A stretch of DNA of 64,000 nucleotides. It comes from Planctomycetota bacterium. GTDB lineage: Bacteria; Planctomycetota; UBA1135; UBA2386. The notes beneath the pieces were generated by a model. It saw nothing but the letters and a program-made list of their open reading frames with translations, ran no database searches and was not told where the DNA came from. The stretch lies in the NCBI GenBank assembly GCA_029936315.1, contig JAPYTD010000004.1, forward strand, positions 43,153-107,152, read 5' to 3'. Below are positions 49,613 through 58,757 of this stretch, in pieces (position 1 is the first letter of the stretch; the number at the start of each line of letters is the position of its first letter). A program made the position numbers and the translations under genes.

Positions 49613-50739
49613 TGGAGTTCGTAGCGGAGCCATCGGCACTCGATGGGGCCGTTGCGGACCGGGAACTTGCGGCTGGTTCGTAGGCCGAGGTAACGCGTTA
49701 GTTCTGGCGCGCCACAGAGTACGTGCGCTTGGGCTCCGTTGCATTGTTGGTGTAGGAAGTTGCCAAGCGATTGCCAGGAGTCGACCAGCGATGGGTCGTC
49801 GGGTTGCAGGCGTTCTCCATATGGCGGGTTGGTGACGACCATCGCTGGCTTGAACGGTGGCACGTAGTCGCGCGTATCGCCGAAGTTGAGTTCGATCTTG
49901 CCTCGTAGGCCGGCGCTCTTGATTGCGATCTTCGAGATCGCGATGGCGCCTTCGTGGTTGTCGTTGCCGGCGAGTCTTGGGCAGTGGTCTTGGCCGGCGG
50001 TGGCGCGCGCTTCGGCTTCATCAAATACAGACTGCCACGCGTTCTGATCGGTGTCCTTCCAGCGTTCGAACGCGAATGCACGACCTAGCCCCGGCGCGCG
50101 ATCCATCGCCAACCACGCCGCCTCGATCAGGAACGTGCTTGAGCCGCACATCGGGTCGACGAGCGGCGACTTCGGATCCCATTCACTGAGTTGGATCAAA
50201 CCGGCCGCCAGCGACTCGTTGAGCGGGCTCTTGTGTTGCACTTCGTGGTAGCCGCGCTTGTGCAGCGGCTCGCCACCGAGTTCGCGATAAAGGATCGCCT
50301 CATCGTTGTGCAGCACCAGCTTGATCGGCAGGTCCGGTCGATCGCGTTCGACGTTGGGGCGAATGCCATCGAAGTGGCGGAACTGGTCGCAGATCGCGTC
50401 CTTGGCGACGAGCACGGGGAAGCGGGTGTCGTTGGCCCAGCTGTCTCGCACCGAACCGTCAATTGCGAGTGTGCCCGTGGCGTCGATGAACAGCGACCAG
50501 TCGACTGTCGATGTCAGGTCGTAGAGCTCTTCGCGGTCGCGCGCTGGTCCGCGTACGAGCTCTTCTTGCACGCGAATGCCGGATCGCAGCCACAGGCACG
50601 CCTTGTAGGCGACGTCCGGTTCACTCGAGAACGCGCACGCCCCGCGCCGGATGTCGACGTTTCGGGCGCCGAGTTCGCGCAGTTCGTAGGCGAGTACCTC
50701 TTCGAGGCCGAGCGTGCAGGCGACGTAGTAGTTGCCCAA
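49609..50739 (-). CDS. THUMP-domain RNA methyltransferase (RlmL N-terminal-like)
   Basis: GLEEVL..EL, LHKRGY, PLNESLAA, DPMCGS.T.LIEAA, VTNPPYGER. Confidence 0.92.
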   Translation of the reverse strand: MGNYYVACTLGLEEVLAYELRELGARNVDIRRGACAFSSEPDVAYKACLWLRSGIRVQEELVRGPARDREELYDLTSTVDWSLFIDATGTLAIDGSVRDSWANDTRFPVLVAKDAICDQFRHFDGIRPNVERDRPDLPIKLVLHNDEAILYRELGGEPLHKRGYHEVQHKSPLNESLAAGLIQLSEWDPKSPLVDPMCGSSTFLIEAAWLAMDRAPGLGRAFAFERWKDTDQNAWQSVFDEAEARATAGQDHCPRLAGNDNHEGAIAISKIAIKSAGLRGKIELNFGDTRDYVPPFKPAMVVTNPPYGERLQPDDPSLVDSWQSLGNFLHQQCNGAQAHVLCGAPELTRYLGLRTSRKFPVRNGPIECRWLRYELH

Positions 50740-50740
50740 C

Positions 50741-52000
50741 TCAGGAGTCCTTTGGCGCCGGCCCGGCAGCCTTGGCGAAGTCGTCGGCGAAGCACGACAG
50801 CGCGCTGATCACCGGCGCGGCCGCCATTTCGATCAGCGAGCAGTCGCCCTTCTTGCGTGAGAACGTGGCGAGCTTGCTCATCTTCGCGTCGTAGCCCGGA
50901 CCCTTGCCAGCCTGCACGGCTTTGAGAATGTGCACGAACTGATTGGTCTCCATGCGGCACGGTGGGCATTTGCCGCACTGTTCCTTCATGAAGAACTCGG
51001 CGATCTCCAAGGTCAATGCCACGACGTCGGTGGTCTCATCGACAATGCGCACGCCGCCACAACCAGGCGAAGTGCCGAGTGGCTGCAGGGTCTCGTACGC
51101 GATCGGCACGTCGAGGTGGGCGCCATCGAGAAACGCCGCCGACATCGCTGGCAAGATTGCGCGAACCGTACGGCCATGCTTGAGTCCGCCACCGCAGCCT
51201 TCGATCAGTTCGCGGTAGGTTGCACCAAACGGCAGTTCGTAGACGCCGGGCTTCTCGACCTGATCGCCGAGTGTAAACAGCAGCGTGCCCTTGCTGTCTT
51301 CTGTTCCGATCGCTGCGAACGCCGCGCCACTGTTGCGCGCGATCCACGCGACGTGCGCCAGGGTCTCGGTGTTGTTGACCGTCGTCGGTTTGCCGAACAG
51401 TCCCGCTTCTCCTGGGAACGGCGGCTTCTTGCGCGGTTTGGCAGGTTCGCCTTCGATCGCGTTCAGTGCCGCGGTCTCTTCGCCGGCGACATAGGTCGTT
51501 GGGCCGCAGTGGATCGCAATCGGAAACGGCAGCAGTCCGGCTTCGTTCGCTTCACCCAGCGCCATCTCGGCGCTGGCACGCGGACCGCGCATATCTTCGA
51601 TCAGGTACAGGTAGCCCTTCGTCGCACCGGTCGCGAGCCCGGCCAGTGCGAGTCCTTCGACGACCGCATGTGGATGGTGTTCGACCAGGTAACGATCCTT
51701 GTTGCTGCCGGGTTCGTGTTCGCCGCCATTGGCCACGATGTACTTCTCGGTCCCCGCCGCATCCGCCGCCAACTGCCACTTCCGGATCGTCGGAAACGCG
51801 GCGCCACCGCGGCCGCGCAGTCCCGATGCGGCAACCTGATCGCGCAGCCACGCGGGGCCCTTTTCCTGGGCAATGGCCAACCCGTCGTAGCCACCGCGGG
51901 CGCGGTAGTCGGCGAGGCCTTCGGGTTCGTCGGAAGAACGGTTGGCAAGCAAGAGGGCGGGCGATGGCACGCAACGGATCCTATGGCCGTCGCCGTCCAT
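50741..52000 (-). CDS. Stand-alone NuoF-like flavoprotein (FMN, [4Fe-4S])
   Basis: SGLRGRGGAAFPT, EHEPGSNKD, YVAGEETA, GLFGKPT.VNN.ET, CGKCPPCR...C. Start at 52000 or 51970. Confidence 0.9.
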   Translation of the reverse strand: MDGDGHRIRCVPSPALLLANRSSDEPEGLADYRARGGYDGLAIAQEKGPAWLRDQVAASGLRGRGGAAFPTIRKWQLAADAAGTEKYIVANGGEHEPGSNKDRYLVEHHPHAVVEGLALAGLATGATKGYLYLIEDMRGPRASAEMALGEANEAGLLPFPIAIHCGPTTYVAGEETAALNAIEGEPAKPRKKPPFPGEAGLFGKPTTVNNTETLAHVAWIARNSGAAFAAIGTEDSKGTLLFTLGDQVEKPGVYELPFGATYRELIEGCGGGLKHGRTVRAILPAMSAAFLDGAHLDVPIAYETLQPLGTSPGCGGVRIVDETTDVVALTLEIAEFFMKEQCGKCPPCRMETNQFVHILKAVQAGKGPGYDAKMSKLATFSRKKGDCSLIEMAAAPVISALSCFADDFAKAAGPAPKDS

Positions 52001-52023
52001 ACGCGAGGTTGGGGCAACCCAGG

Positions 52024-52107
52024 GGCCACATGATCTATGTCGACCAGGAGGCGCATGAGCAGCTGGTTGCCGATCTGCGCACGTGGTTTGACCTGCGGCT
52101 TCGATAG
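52024..52107 (+). pseudogene. C-terminal stump resembling a serine carboxypeptidase (S10) end
   Basis: GHMIYVDQEAHEQLVADLRTWFDLRLR* resembles the GHM-x-Y catalytic His tail. Confidence 0.4.
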
Positions 52108-52118
52108 GGCGCGGCAAT

Positions 52119-52229
52119 CTAGTCGATAGTCAGCGGCTTCTCGCAATGCGGGCAGTGCGTCATCGTTTCCGGCACGCCGGTTGCGCGTTGACTGCGCGCT
52201 TGTTTGCGGGCGCGGCCGAGTTCCTCCAT
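52119..52229 (-). CDS. Small ORF (36 aa) with CPHC motif
   Basis: MEELGRARKQARSQRATGVPETMTHCPHCEKPLTID*; below the track cutoff; could be a stump. Confidence 0.35.
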   Translation of the reverse strand: MEELGRARKQARSQRATGVPETMTHCPHCEKPLTID

Positions 52230-52416
52230 GAACGCGCCGCCTTAGCAGAGCGCAGGGTCACGCCCGCATCCTACGCCGCGGAGCATTGTCATCGGTGTAA
52301 CAGAAACGGGGATCTGTGTTAGTCCGGTTGTCAGCACGCGAGGGCGGGGTCATGCTGTTGGGCCCAACGGCCACTACGTCGGTGCCCGTATGCCATCTTA
52401 TTCAGAGACACCAAAC

Positions 52417-53532
52417 ATGAGAATTGCTCTCGTCCTGGCAGGCTCCTTGTTGCTCGGCTCTGTGGCCGCACAAGAAACTGCTACTCCCAAACCCCAGGAA
52501 CCGGCGAAAGCCAGTGCCGCCGAGTGCATGCAGCAGATCCAAGACCTGCAGCAGAAGGCAATCACCGATTGGCGCGCCGACAGGAAGCAAGCGGCCGAAG
52601 CCGCGAAGGGCCCTGCCACTGGCAAGCCGGTCAAGGCGATGCGCATGCGTCCCGACTTCGGTCCGGTCACGAAGATGGCCACCCGGTTCGCGAAGCAGTT
52701 CGCCGGCAGCGATGATGCCGTGCCGTTCTTGATGATGGTCGTGCAGATGAGCCCTGACAAAACGGCGCAGAAAGCCAGCATCGAGGAGATGCTCAAGTCG
52801 CACATCGACAGCCCCGAGCTCGCGCAGATGGGTGGCATGCTTGAGTACCTGCCGCGCATGATCGACGAGGACTTTGCCAAGTCGACGACGAAGCGCATGC
52901 TCAGCAGCAAGAACGCGGACGTGCGCGGTTGGGCTCTCTACGCCACGCACAAGCCCGCGATCGAGAAGGCGGACCGTGAAGGCGAAGACTACGCTGCCGC
53001 CAAGAAGGCACTGCTCGCCGCATGCGAAGATGTCGAAGACCAGCGTCTCGCCAAGCAGATGCGCGGTGCGATCGATCTACGCGAGAAGTACGGCATCGGT
53101 TGCGTTGCCCCCGACATCGCCGGCATCGACCTCGACGGCGTCGAGTTCAAGCTGTCCGACTACAAGGGCAAGGTCATCTTCTTGGACTTCTGGGGCGATT
53201 GGTGAGGCCCATGCCGGGCCATGTACCCACACGAGCGGTCGCTCGTGGAAGAAATGAAGGACAAGCCATTTGCTCTGATTGGCGTCAACAGTGATCAAAC
53301 GATTGAGCGCGCCAAGAAGGCCATCGCCGACAACAACCTCAACTGGCGCAGCTTCCAGAACAAGGGGAACGACGGTGAGATCTCCAAGGATTGGGCTGTG
53401 CAGGGTTGGCCGACGGTGGTCATCCTCGATCGCGAGATGAAGATCCACTACCGCGGTCACGATGGCGAAGCGGCAACGAAGGTTGCGGAAGCACTCGTCG
53501 CCAAGATGACCGGCGGCCAAGAGAAGAAGTAG
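52417..53532 (+). CDS. Exported TlpA/thioredoxin-like selenoprotein (U-G-P-C)
   Basis: APDI.G.DLDG.EFKLSDYKGKVIFLDFWGDW-TGA(53203-05)-GPCRAMYPHE...IGVNSD...WAVQGWPT; joins two track ORFs in frame. Confidence 0.9.
53228..53248 (+). promoter_or_regulatory. Putative SECIS element of the TlpA-like gene
   Basis: CACGAGC-GGTC-GCTCGTG perfect 7-bp stem, loop 31 nt after UGA; a second hairpin GGCCC/GGGCC at 53206-53220. Confidence 0.65.
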
Positions 53533-53938
53533 CTGTTGCGGGTGCCCTTCGGCACCAGTCACCAGGCACCAAGCAACAACGACAGCGGCAAGCGCGGCGC
53601 CGGCAGCATTGGCTGCAGGACGTCGCGTTTGCATGTACGCCCGCTCAAGTTTTCTGAAGTGCCCCGGTTGCCGGGCGATGCGTTCGCATGGCTTTGAGAC
53701 CCTTGCGAGCATGCCGCTCCGCTACCTGTGGCTTGAGGACTTGCCCGAACTTCCCGAGGCATTGCGAACGGTTGTGTCCGGGGGCCTGCCCAGATTCGGC
53801 TCGCAGCCATGGTTGGCTGTGGGGCAACCCCCGAAACGGCGCCGAACCTGAGCAAGGTGCGTGCTCCCGCATATGCCACCCACTAAGATCTCTCGACCAA
53901 ACGCTCGCAGCCGCGCAGCACACACGTAGACAACTCCA

Positions 53939-55588
53939 ATGCAATTCACTCCCGTAATCCCATTTACCTTGGCGCTGTTGGCGCTCGGAACGAGTCTCCC
54001 CAAGTCAACGAACCGCCCCGACGAGGGCATGTGGCTGTTCAGCGCTTTGCCGCTGAAGATCCTGAAGGAGAAGTACGACTTCGAGCCCACCAAGAAGTGG
54101 CTCGATCACGTGCGTCTCGGCTCGGTGCGTTTTGACACCGGTGGCTCGGGTTCGTTTGTCTCGCCGAACGGGTTGGTCATGACCAACCACCACGTTGCGC
54201 TGTCGACTATCCAGAAGATCTCGACGCCCGAGAAGGATTGGGTCGAGCCGGGCTTCAGCTCGCGCATCTACGGCAGCGAAGTTCACGGTAAGGACCTGGT
54301 GCTGCGCCAGCTCATCGACGTCAAGGATGTCACGGCCGAGGTGCTCAAGGTCAAGGCCGATAAGGGCGACGTAGAAGAGAAGCTCACCGAACTCGCCGCC
54401 GCGCACTCCGACAAGGAGAAGCATCTCGATGCGCAGCCGGTGCCGCTCTACGACGGCAACCAGTACCACCTCTACATCTACCACGTCTACGACGACGTGC
54501 GTCTCGTCTTTGCACCGGCCAAGCAGGTCGCGTTCTACGGTGGCGACTACGACAACTTCACCTACCCGCGCTGGTGTCTCGATTTCGCGTTCTTCCGCGT
54601 CTACGAAGATGACAAGCCGATCGACTCGTCGAAGTGGTTCTTCAAGTTCGAGCCGAAGGGTGCCAAGACGGATGATCTGGTGTTCGTGTCGGGCCACCCG
54701 GGCGGCACCGAGCGTTCGTTGACCTACGAAGAGATGGTCATGCACCGCGATTTGTGGGTGCCCGAAGTCGTCAAACTGCTGACCAACAACTGCAAGATCA
54801 TCAAGCAGCGCATGGAGCAGAGCGAAGAAGCCGCGTTCCGCCTGCGCGATCAGTACTTTGGCCAGATGAACAGCCTCAAGGCCTTCACCGGTCACCTGAA
54901 CGGTTTACTCGACGAGAAGCGCATGGACATCGTCAAGGCTCGCGACGCGGCCCTGGTCGAAAAGTCTGGCAAGGAAGAGACCAAGGCGGCCTTCGCCGAG
55001 ATCGCCAAGAAGATGGAAGCGCTCCTAGCCGAGGACCTCGGGAAGTCCGACTTCCGCAAGATGCGTGGTGCCATGGCCAAGGCTACCGAGGCCTGCTCGG
55101 ACGCCAAGACGACCATCAACGACGCGCGCTTCGAGGCCTACGGTGCCGCCAACTACCCGGACGCGACGTTCACGCTGCGCCTGACCTACGGCACGGTGAA
55201 GGGCTACGAGGCTGGCACCACCAAGGTCGCGCCGAAGACGACCGTGCACGGCCTGTACGAGCGCAACGCCGCCTTCGACAACGAGCATCCGTTCGATCTG
55301 CCGAAGCAGTGGCTTGACGCCAAGGGCAAGCTTGACTGGAACACGCCGTACAACTTCGTTTGCACGTGCGACATCATTGGCGGCAACTCGGGCAGTCCGA
55401 TCCTTGATCGAGACGCCAACGTCGTTGGCCTGGTCTTCGATGGCAACATCGAGTCGCTGCCGGGCAACTACTGGTTCGACGAAGAAGTCAACCGCACAGT
55501 CGGCGTGCACACGGGCATCATTGTCGAGTCCCTAGCCAAGGTTTACGAAGAGAAGGGTCTCGTCAAAGAGTTGATGGGCACCAAGTAA
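53939..55588 (+). CDS. S46 family dipeptidyl peptidase (short form)
   Basis: DEGMW, GGSGSFVS, TNHH, DNF.YPR..LDF.FFR, YPDA.FTLRL.YG, DIIGGNSGSP. Confidence 0.93.
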   Translation: MQFTPVIPFTLALLALGTSLPKSTNRPDEGMWLFSALPLKILKEKYDFEPTKKWLDHVRLGSVRFDTGGSGSFVSPNGLVMTNHHVALSTIQKISTPEKDWVEPGFSSRIYGSEVHGKDLVLRQLIDVKDVTAEVLKVKADKGDVEEKLTELAAAHSDKEKHLDAQPVPLYDGNQYHLYIYHVYDDVRLVFAPAKQVAFYGGDYDNFTYPRWCLDFAFFRVYEDDKPIDSSKWFFKFEPKGAKTDDLVFVSGHPGGTERSLTYEEMVMHRDLWVPEVVKLLTNNCKIIKQRMEQSEEAAFRLRDQYFGQMNSLKAFTGHLNGLLDEKRMDIVKARDAALVEKSGKEETKAAFAEIAKKMEALLAEDLGKSDFRKMRGAMAKATEACSDAKTTINDARFEAYGAANYPDATFTLRLTYGTVKGYEAGTTKVAPKTTVHGLYERNAAFDNEHPFDLPKQWLDAKGKLDWNTPYNFVCTCDIIGGNSGSPILDRDANVVGLVFDGNIESLPGNYWFDEEVNRTVGVHTGIIVESLAKVYEEKGLVKELMGTK

Positions 55589-55740
55589 GCTCGGCTTGCT
55601 TGAGAGGACTGGAGGCGGTCGCCGGGCGTAGAAGGCTCGCACCGCCGCAACACGCAGTGGCATTCGAAATCGACGTGCTGGCAGGGGGAGTCACCTCTGT
55701 GCTGACTGCAACGCAAGATACAAAACTGAAGGTACAGAAT

Positions 55741-56922
55741 ATGGCAATCGAAGTGAAGCAGGGCGTGGTGATGGCGTCGTCGTTGACGTTGGCGGTCGTG
55801 GCGGGAGTGATTACTTGGCAGACGATGACGCAAACGGAGACGGCGAATGCTGGGCAGACCGTGACGCTGAATGCCGACGCAGAGGGCGATCAGTTGCTCG
55901 CGGCGGAGAACAGCGACCTGCGCGATCGCATCGCAACATTGGAACAAGAGAACCGGGCGTTGCGCGGTGGCGTTGAGCGGCAGCAGGCGCCGACGGTCAA
56001 CCCAGAAACCGTCGCCGACGAGCCGCCGCCAGCAGTTGGCATGGCGTTCTCCGATCCGCGCTTTGCCGATGTCTTGTCGAAAATCGACTGGGCCAAGATG
56101 GGCGAGATTACGCATGAGATGAGTCCGGTGCTGGCCGAACTCGTGGCGGCGATGACCGAGGAAGGCGCGGAGATTCCGATGGAGTTGGCCATCAAGGTGC
56201 AGCAGCTCAACTCGCAACTGCTTGGGATGATCCCGGCCTTGATGGAGGCGGGCGTGCCAGGCTTTGGCGCCAACGGCAGCTACACGCATCCGCTGGTGGT
56301 CGCCAATACGGTGGCCAATACGCTGCAGGCAGCCGGCCAGGCAATGACGGCGGATCAGAAGAGCCGGTTGTCGAGCCTCGTAGGCATGTTCTCCGCCGAG
56401 GCACAATCGATCGCAGATTCGACCCACGACTTGACGCTCGATCAGTTGCTGGCCGATAGCGAGATGAAGGAGCGCTTCTTCAATGAGATGAAGGGCTCTT
56501 TGACGGCCGATCAGAGTAGCGCCCTCTACCCGGCTGGCAGCACCGACTACGAAGGTGGCAGCTTGTTCCATTCGGGTGTGATGATGCGTCCCTACATGAA
56601 GCCGATTGCCGTCAAGAACGCGGCGGAGTTTGCCAGCAAGGTGTCGAGCAACCTCAGCGACAAGCTTGGCCTCAGTGACGCGACGGCGAAGCGGGTTCAC
56701 GACATCATCGCCCGCGCCAGTCAGGCAGCAGAACTCTGGCAGCACCCCGCCGAGACGGCCGAGATGTCGCAGGCGCACTTCATCCGTTCGGGTCGCAGCA
56801 TGGCCGCGCTGCGCAACCAGGTGATCTGGATGCGGCAGATCCGCCAGCTACCCGGCCTGACCGCCGAGCAACGCAAGAAGCTTGGCGAGTTTTCACGCAT
56901 CCTGGTGCCGCTGCCGCTGTAG
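55741..56922 (+). CDS. Hypothetical membrane-anchored helical protein with coiled coil
   Basis: N-terminal TM, then a heptad segment LRDRIATLEQENRAL; no family recognised. Confidence 0.7.
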   Translation: MAIEVKQGVVMASSLTLAVVAGVITWQTMTQTETANAGQTVTLNADAEGDQLLAAENSDLRDRIATLEQENRALRGGVERQQAPTVNPETVADEPPPAVGMAFSDPRFADVLSKIDWAKMGEITHEMSPVLAELVAAMTEEGAEIPMELAIKVQQLNSQLLGMIPALMEAGVPGFGANGSYTHPLVVANTVANTLQAAGQAMTADQKSRLSSLVGMFSAEAQSIADSTHDLTLDQLLADSEMKERFFNEMKGSLTADQSSALYPAGSTDYEGGSLFHSGVMMRPYMKPIAVKNAAEFASKVSSNLSDKLGLSDATAKRVHDIIARASQAAELWQHPAETAEMSQAHFIRSGRSMAALRNQVIWMRQIRQLPGLTAEQRKKLGEFSRILVPLPL

Positions 56923-56946
56923 TTGCGGCAGCAGTCGCCAGCGACG

Positions 56947-57033
56947 CTACGGCGTCAGTGTGACCCAGTTGACGCTGCGGTTCGACGTGACGAAGTTCGT
57001 GAAGGTCGCGTCGACCGTGATGCTGTCGCCAAA
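56947..57033 (-). pseudogene. Orphan C-terminal stump
   Basis: FGDSITVDATFTNFVTSNRSVNWVTLTP* with high GC3 and no start. Confidence 0.3.
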
Positions 57034-57095
57034 GCGAGCGTTGGGGCGGCGCGGGACATTACGGACATCGCAGCCCAATCGGCAGATTCGCGTCC

Positions 57096-58268
57096 GTGCA
57101 GCATCAAGATCTGTGGGCTACGCTGGCCAACGTGAGTAGCGAACAGCGTTCGGGGTTGCGTCGGTGGTTGGTGGCAGGGTCCCTCGCGGTGATCCTGCTC
57201 AGCCTGACGCTGCCTGCAACATGGGTGGAAGCTGCGTATTGCCGCGGCGTGTTTCCATGGATTCAGTCGGTGATGGTGCCGGTCTCCGGTGCCATCGATT
57301 GGCCGTTGATGGGCACCGTGCTCGTGTTGCTGTCGGTGGTGATGCCCGTGCTCGTGTGGCGACGCTGGCGGCGAGGTCGCGCAGCAGGCCGCAAGAGAAC
57401 GACGCTTTGGCTTGCCGGTGGTCTGCGCACGTTGCGAACCGCCATCTATGTCTACGCCACGTTCGTGGCCCTGTGGGGCCTCGGCTACCACCGCATCCCG
57501 ATCGAAGATCGTTGGCAGTTGATCCAAGGTGAACTCGAGTACGGCGACGTGCGTGACGTGCAGTTGCGCTTGTTGGCGATCCTGCATCGCGACGCGTCGG
57601 CGCCATCGACTCCCGTGCATGAAGCTCGGGCGTGGCAAGCGATCGCCGAGGCAGAGCGCAAGATGGTGATCGAGTTGGAGGGGTGGTCACCGTCCTTGCC
57701 GGCCCACATCAAACATCCGCCCGAAGGCAGCTTGATGGCGATCGGTATCTACGGCGTGGTCTCACCGTTTACGATGGAGGCCAACGTCGACCCAGCGCTG
57801 CCGATGCCGATGCGTCTGGCCATCAGTGGCCACGAGTTGGCCCACATCCTCGGCTACTGCGGGGAAGCCGATGCGAATCTCGTGAGCTTTCTAGCTGGTT
57901 TGCGTGCTGAGGATCCATTGGCTCGCTACGGCACCGCGCTGTCGATGATCCGCTACGCCAGTTCGTGGCGACACTTCAAGGATTCGATGTGGCTGAATGA
58001 CAATCTGCCCCAGCGCGCCAAGGATGACCTCGCGGAGTTGCGCAAGATCCGCAAGAAGCACACCGTCGCGATCGCATCCAGGATTATGACGGCGATGAAT
58101 GACACCTATCTCAAGGCACAGGATGTGTCGTTGGGCACCGACGACTACGAACGCGGCTTCACGCTGTTCGTGCACGCGTTCAAGCGCGGGATGGTTGTGA
58201 TGCCGGAGCCTTTCGCGATGCTCCGAGAGCCAGCAGGGGAGAAAGGCGGCGGGGGCGAGGACAAGTAG
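57096..58268 (+). CDS. DUF3810-like membrane protein with HExxH motif
   Basis: LWGLGY.R.P, G..SPFT.EANV, HELAH..G...EADAN..S.LA. Confidence 0.8.
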   Translation: MQHQDLWATLANVSSEQRSGLRRWLVAGSLAVILLSLTLPATWVEAAYCRGVFPWIQSVMVPVSGAIDWPLMGTVLVLLSVVMPVLVWRRWRRGRAAGRKRTTLWLAGGLRTLRTAIYVYATFVALWGLGYHRIPIEDRWQLIQGELEYGDVRDVQLRLLAILHRDASAPSTPVHEARAWQAIAEAERKMVIELEGWSPSLPAHIKHPPEGSLMAIGIYGVVSPFTMEANVDPALPMPMRLAISGHELAHILGYCGEADANLVSFLAGLRAEDPLARYGTALSMIRYASSWRHFKDSMWLNDNLPQRAKDDLAELRKIRKKHTVAIASRIMTAMNDTYLKAQDVSLGTDDYERGFTLFVHAFKRGMVVMPEPFAMLREPAGEKGGGGEDK

Positions 58269-58294
58269 TTGTCCTCGATTCGTTGCTCACTGTC

Positions 58295-58630
58295 CTAGTA
58301 AGGGCTGTCGAGCATGTCCCAGATGATCTGTTCGACATCCGGTTCACACTTACCCGTCAGCCGCGCAACCGGCTCGCCCTCGCCCTTGATGTGACTTGCG
58401 ATCTCCGCCAAGTCGGCTTCGGTTACTTCACTGTAGAAGACCCTGTCGGGATACAGCGTGACGTTGATGCCCTGCTCGCAGGCGCCGAAGCACGGGTAGC
58501 GGCGGATCTTGATGCGCTCCTCGCCAGGATCGAATTCCTTGACGAGGTCGCGCAGCTTATCGAACAAATCGCCACTGCCCCGTTCGGTGCAGTCGCCGCC
58601 TTCGCAGACGTAACAGAGTCGGTTGGTCAT
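58295..58630 (-). CDS. Thioredoxin-like [2Fe-2S] ferredoxin (NuoE C-terminal type)
   Basis: YVCEGGDC...G...CFGACEQG.NV..YPD..FY..V. Confidence 0.88.
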   Translation of the reverse strand: MTNRLCYVCEGGDCTERGSGDLFDKLRDLVKEFDPGEERIKIRRYPCFGACEQGINVTLYPDRVFYSEVTEADLAEIASHIKGEGEPVARLTGKCEPDVEQIIWDMLDSPY

Positions 58631-58716
58631 CAGGCTAAGGTGTTTGCATGGCAGTCAGACTGGCCAGCTTCGCGAACGCGAAGCTCAGGATCGCCATAGA
58701 CGGCCAGCGGTTCAAG

Positions 58717-58730
58717 ACATCCGCGGATGT
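58717..58730 (-). terminator. Palindromic hairpin just downstream of boxB (possible terminator or processing site)
   Basis: ACATCCGCGGATGT perfect palindrome; only a weak U-tract. Confidence 0.3.
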
Positions 58731-58757
58731 TGCTTTAGCGCGTTGTAGCGAGCCGGA

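Noticed and set aside
50741-52117. Complex I (nuo) operon
   Set aside because: Only a lone nuoF-like gene is present; no adjacent nuo subunits.
2596-53205. Genome-wide TGA reassignment (Trp or Gly codes)
   Set aside because: Many genes terminate at TGA with ATGA/GTGA coupling, TGG is used for Trp, and read-through occurs only at Cys-equivalent redox sites.
53609-53851. 80-aa ORF with CPGC between the TlpA-like and S46 genes
   Set aside because: No RBS, mixed codon quality and no family; possibly a remnant but unsupported.
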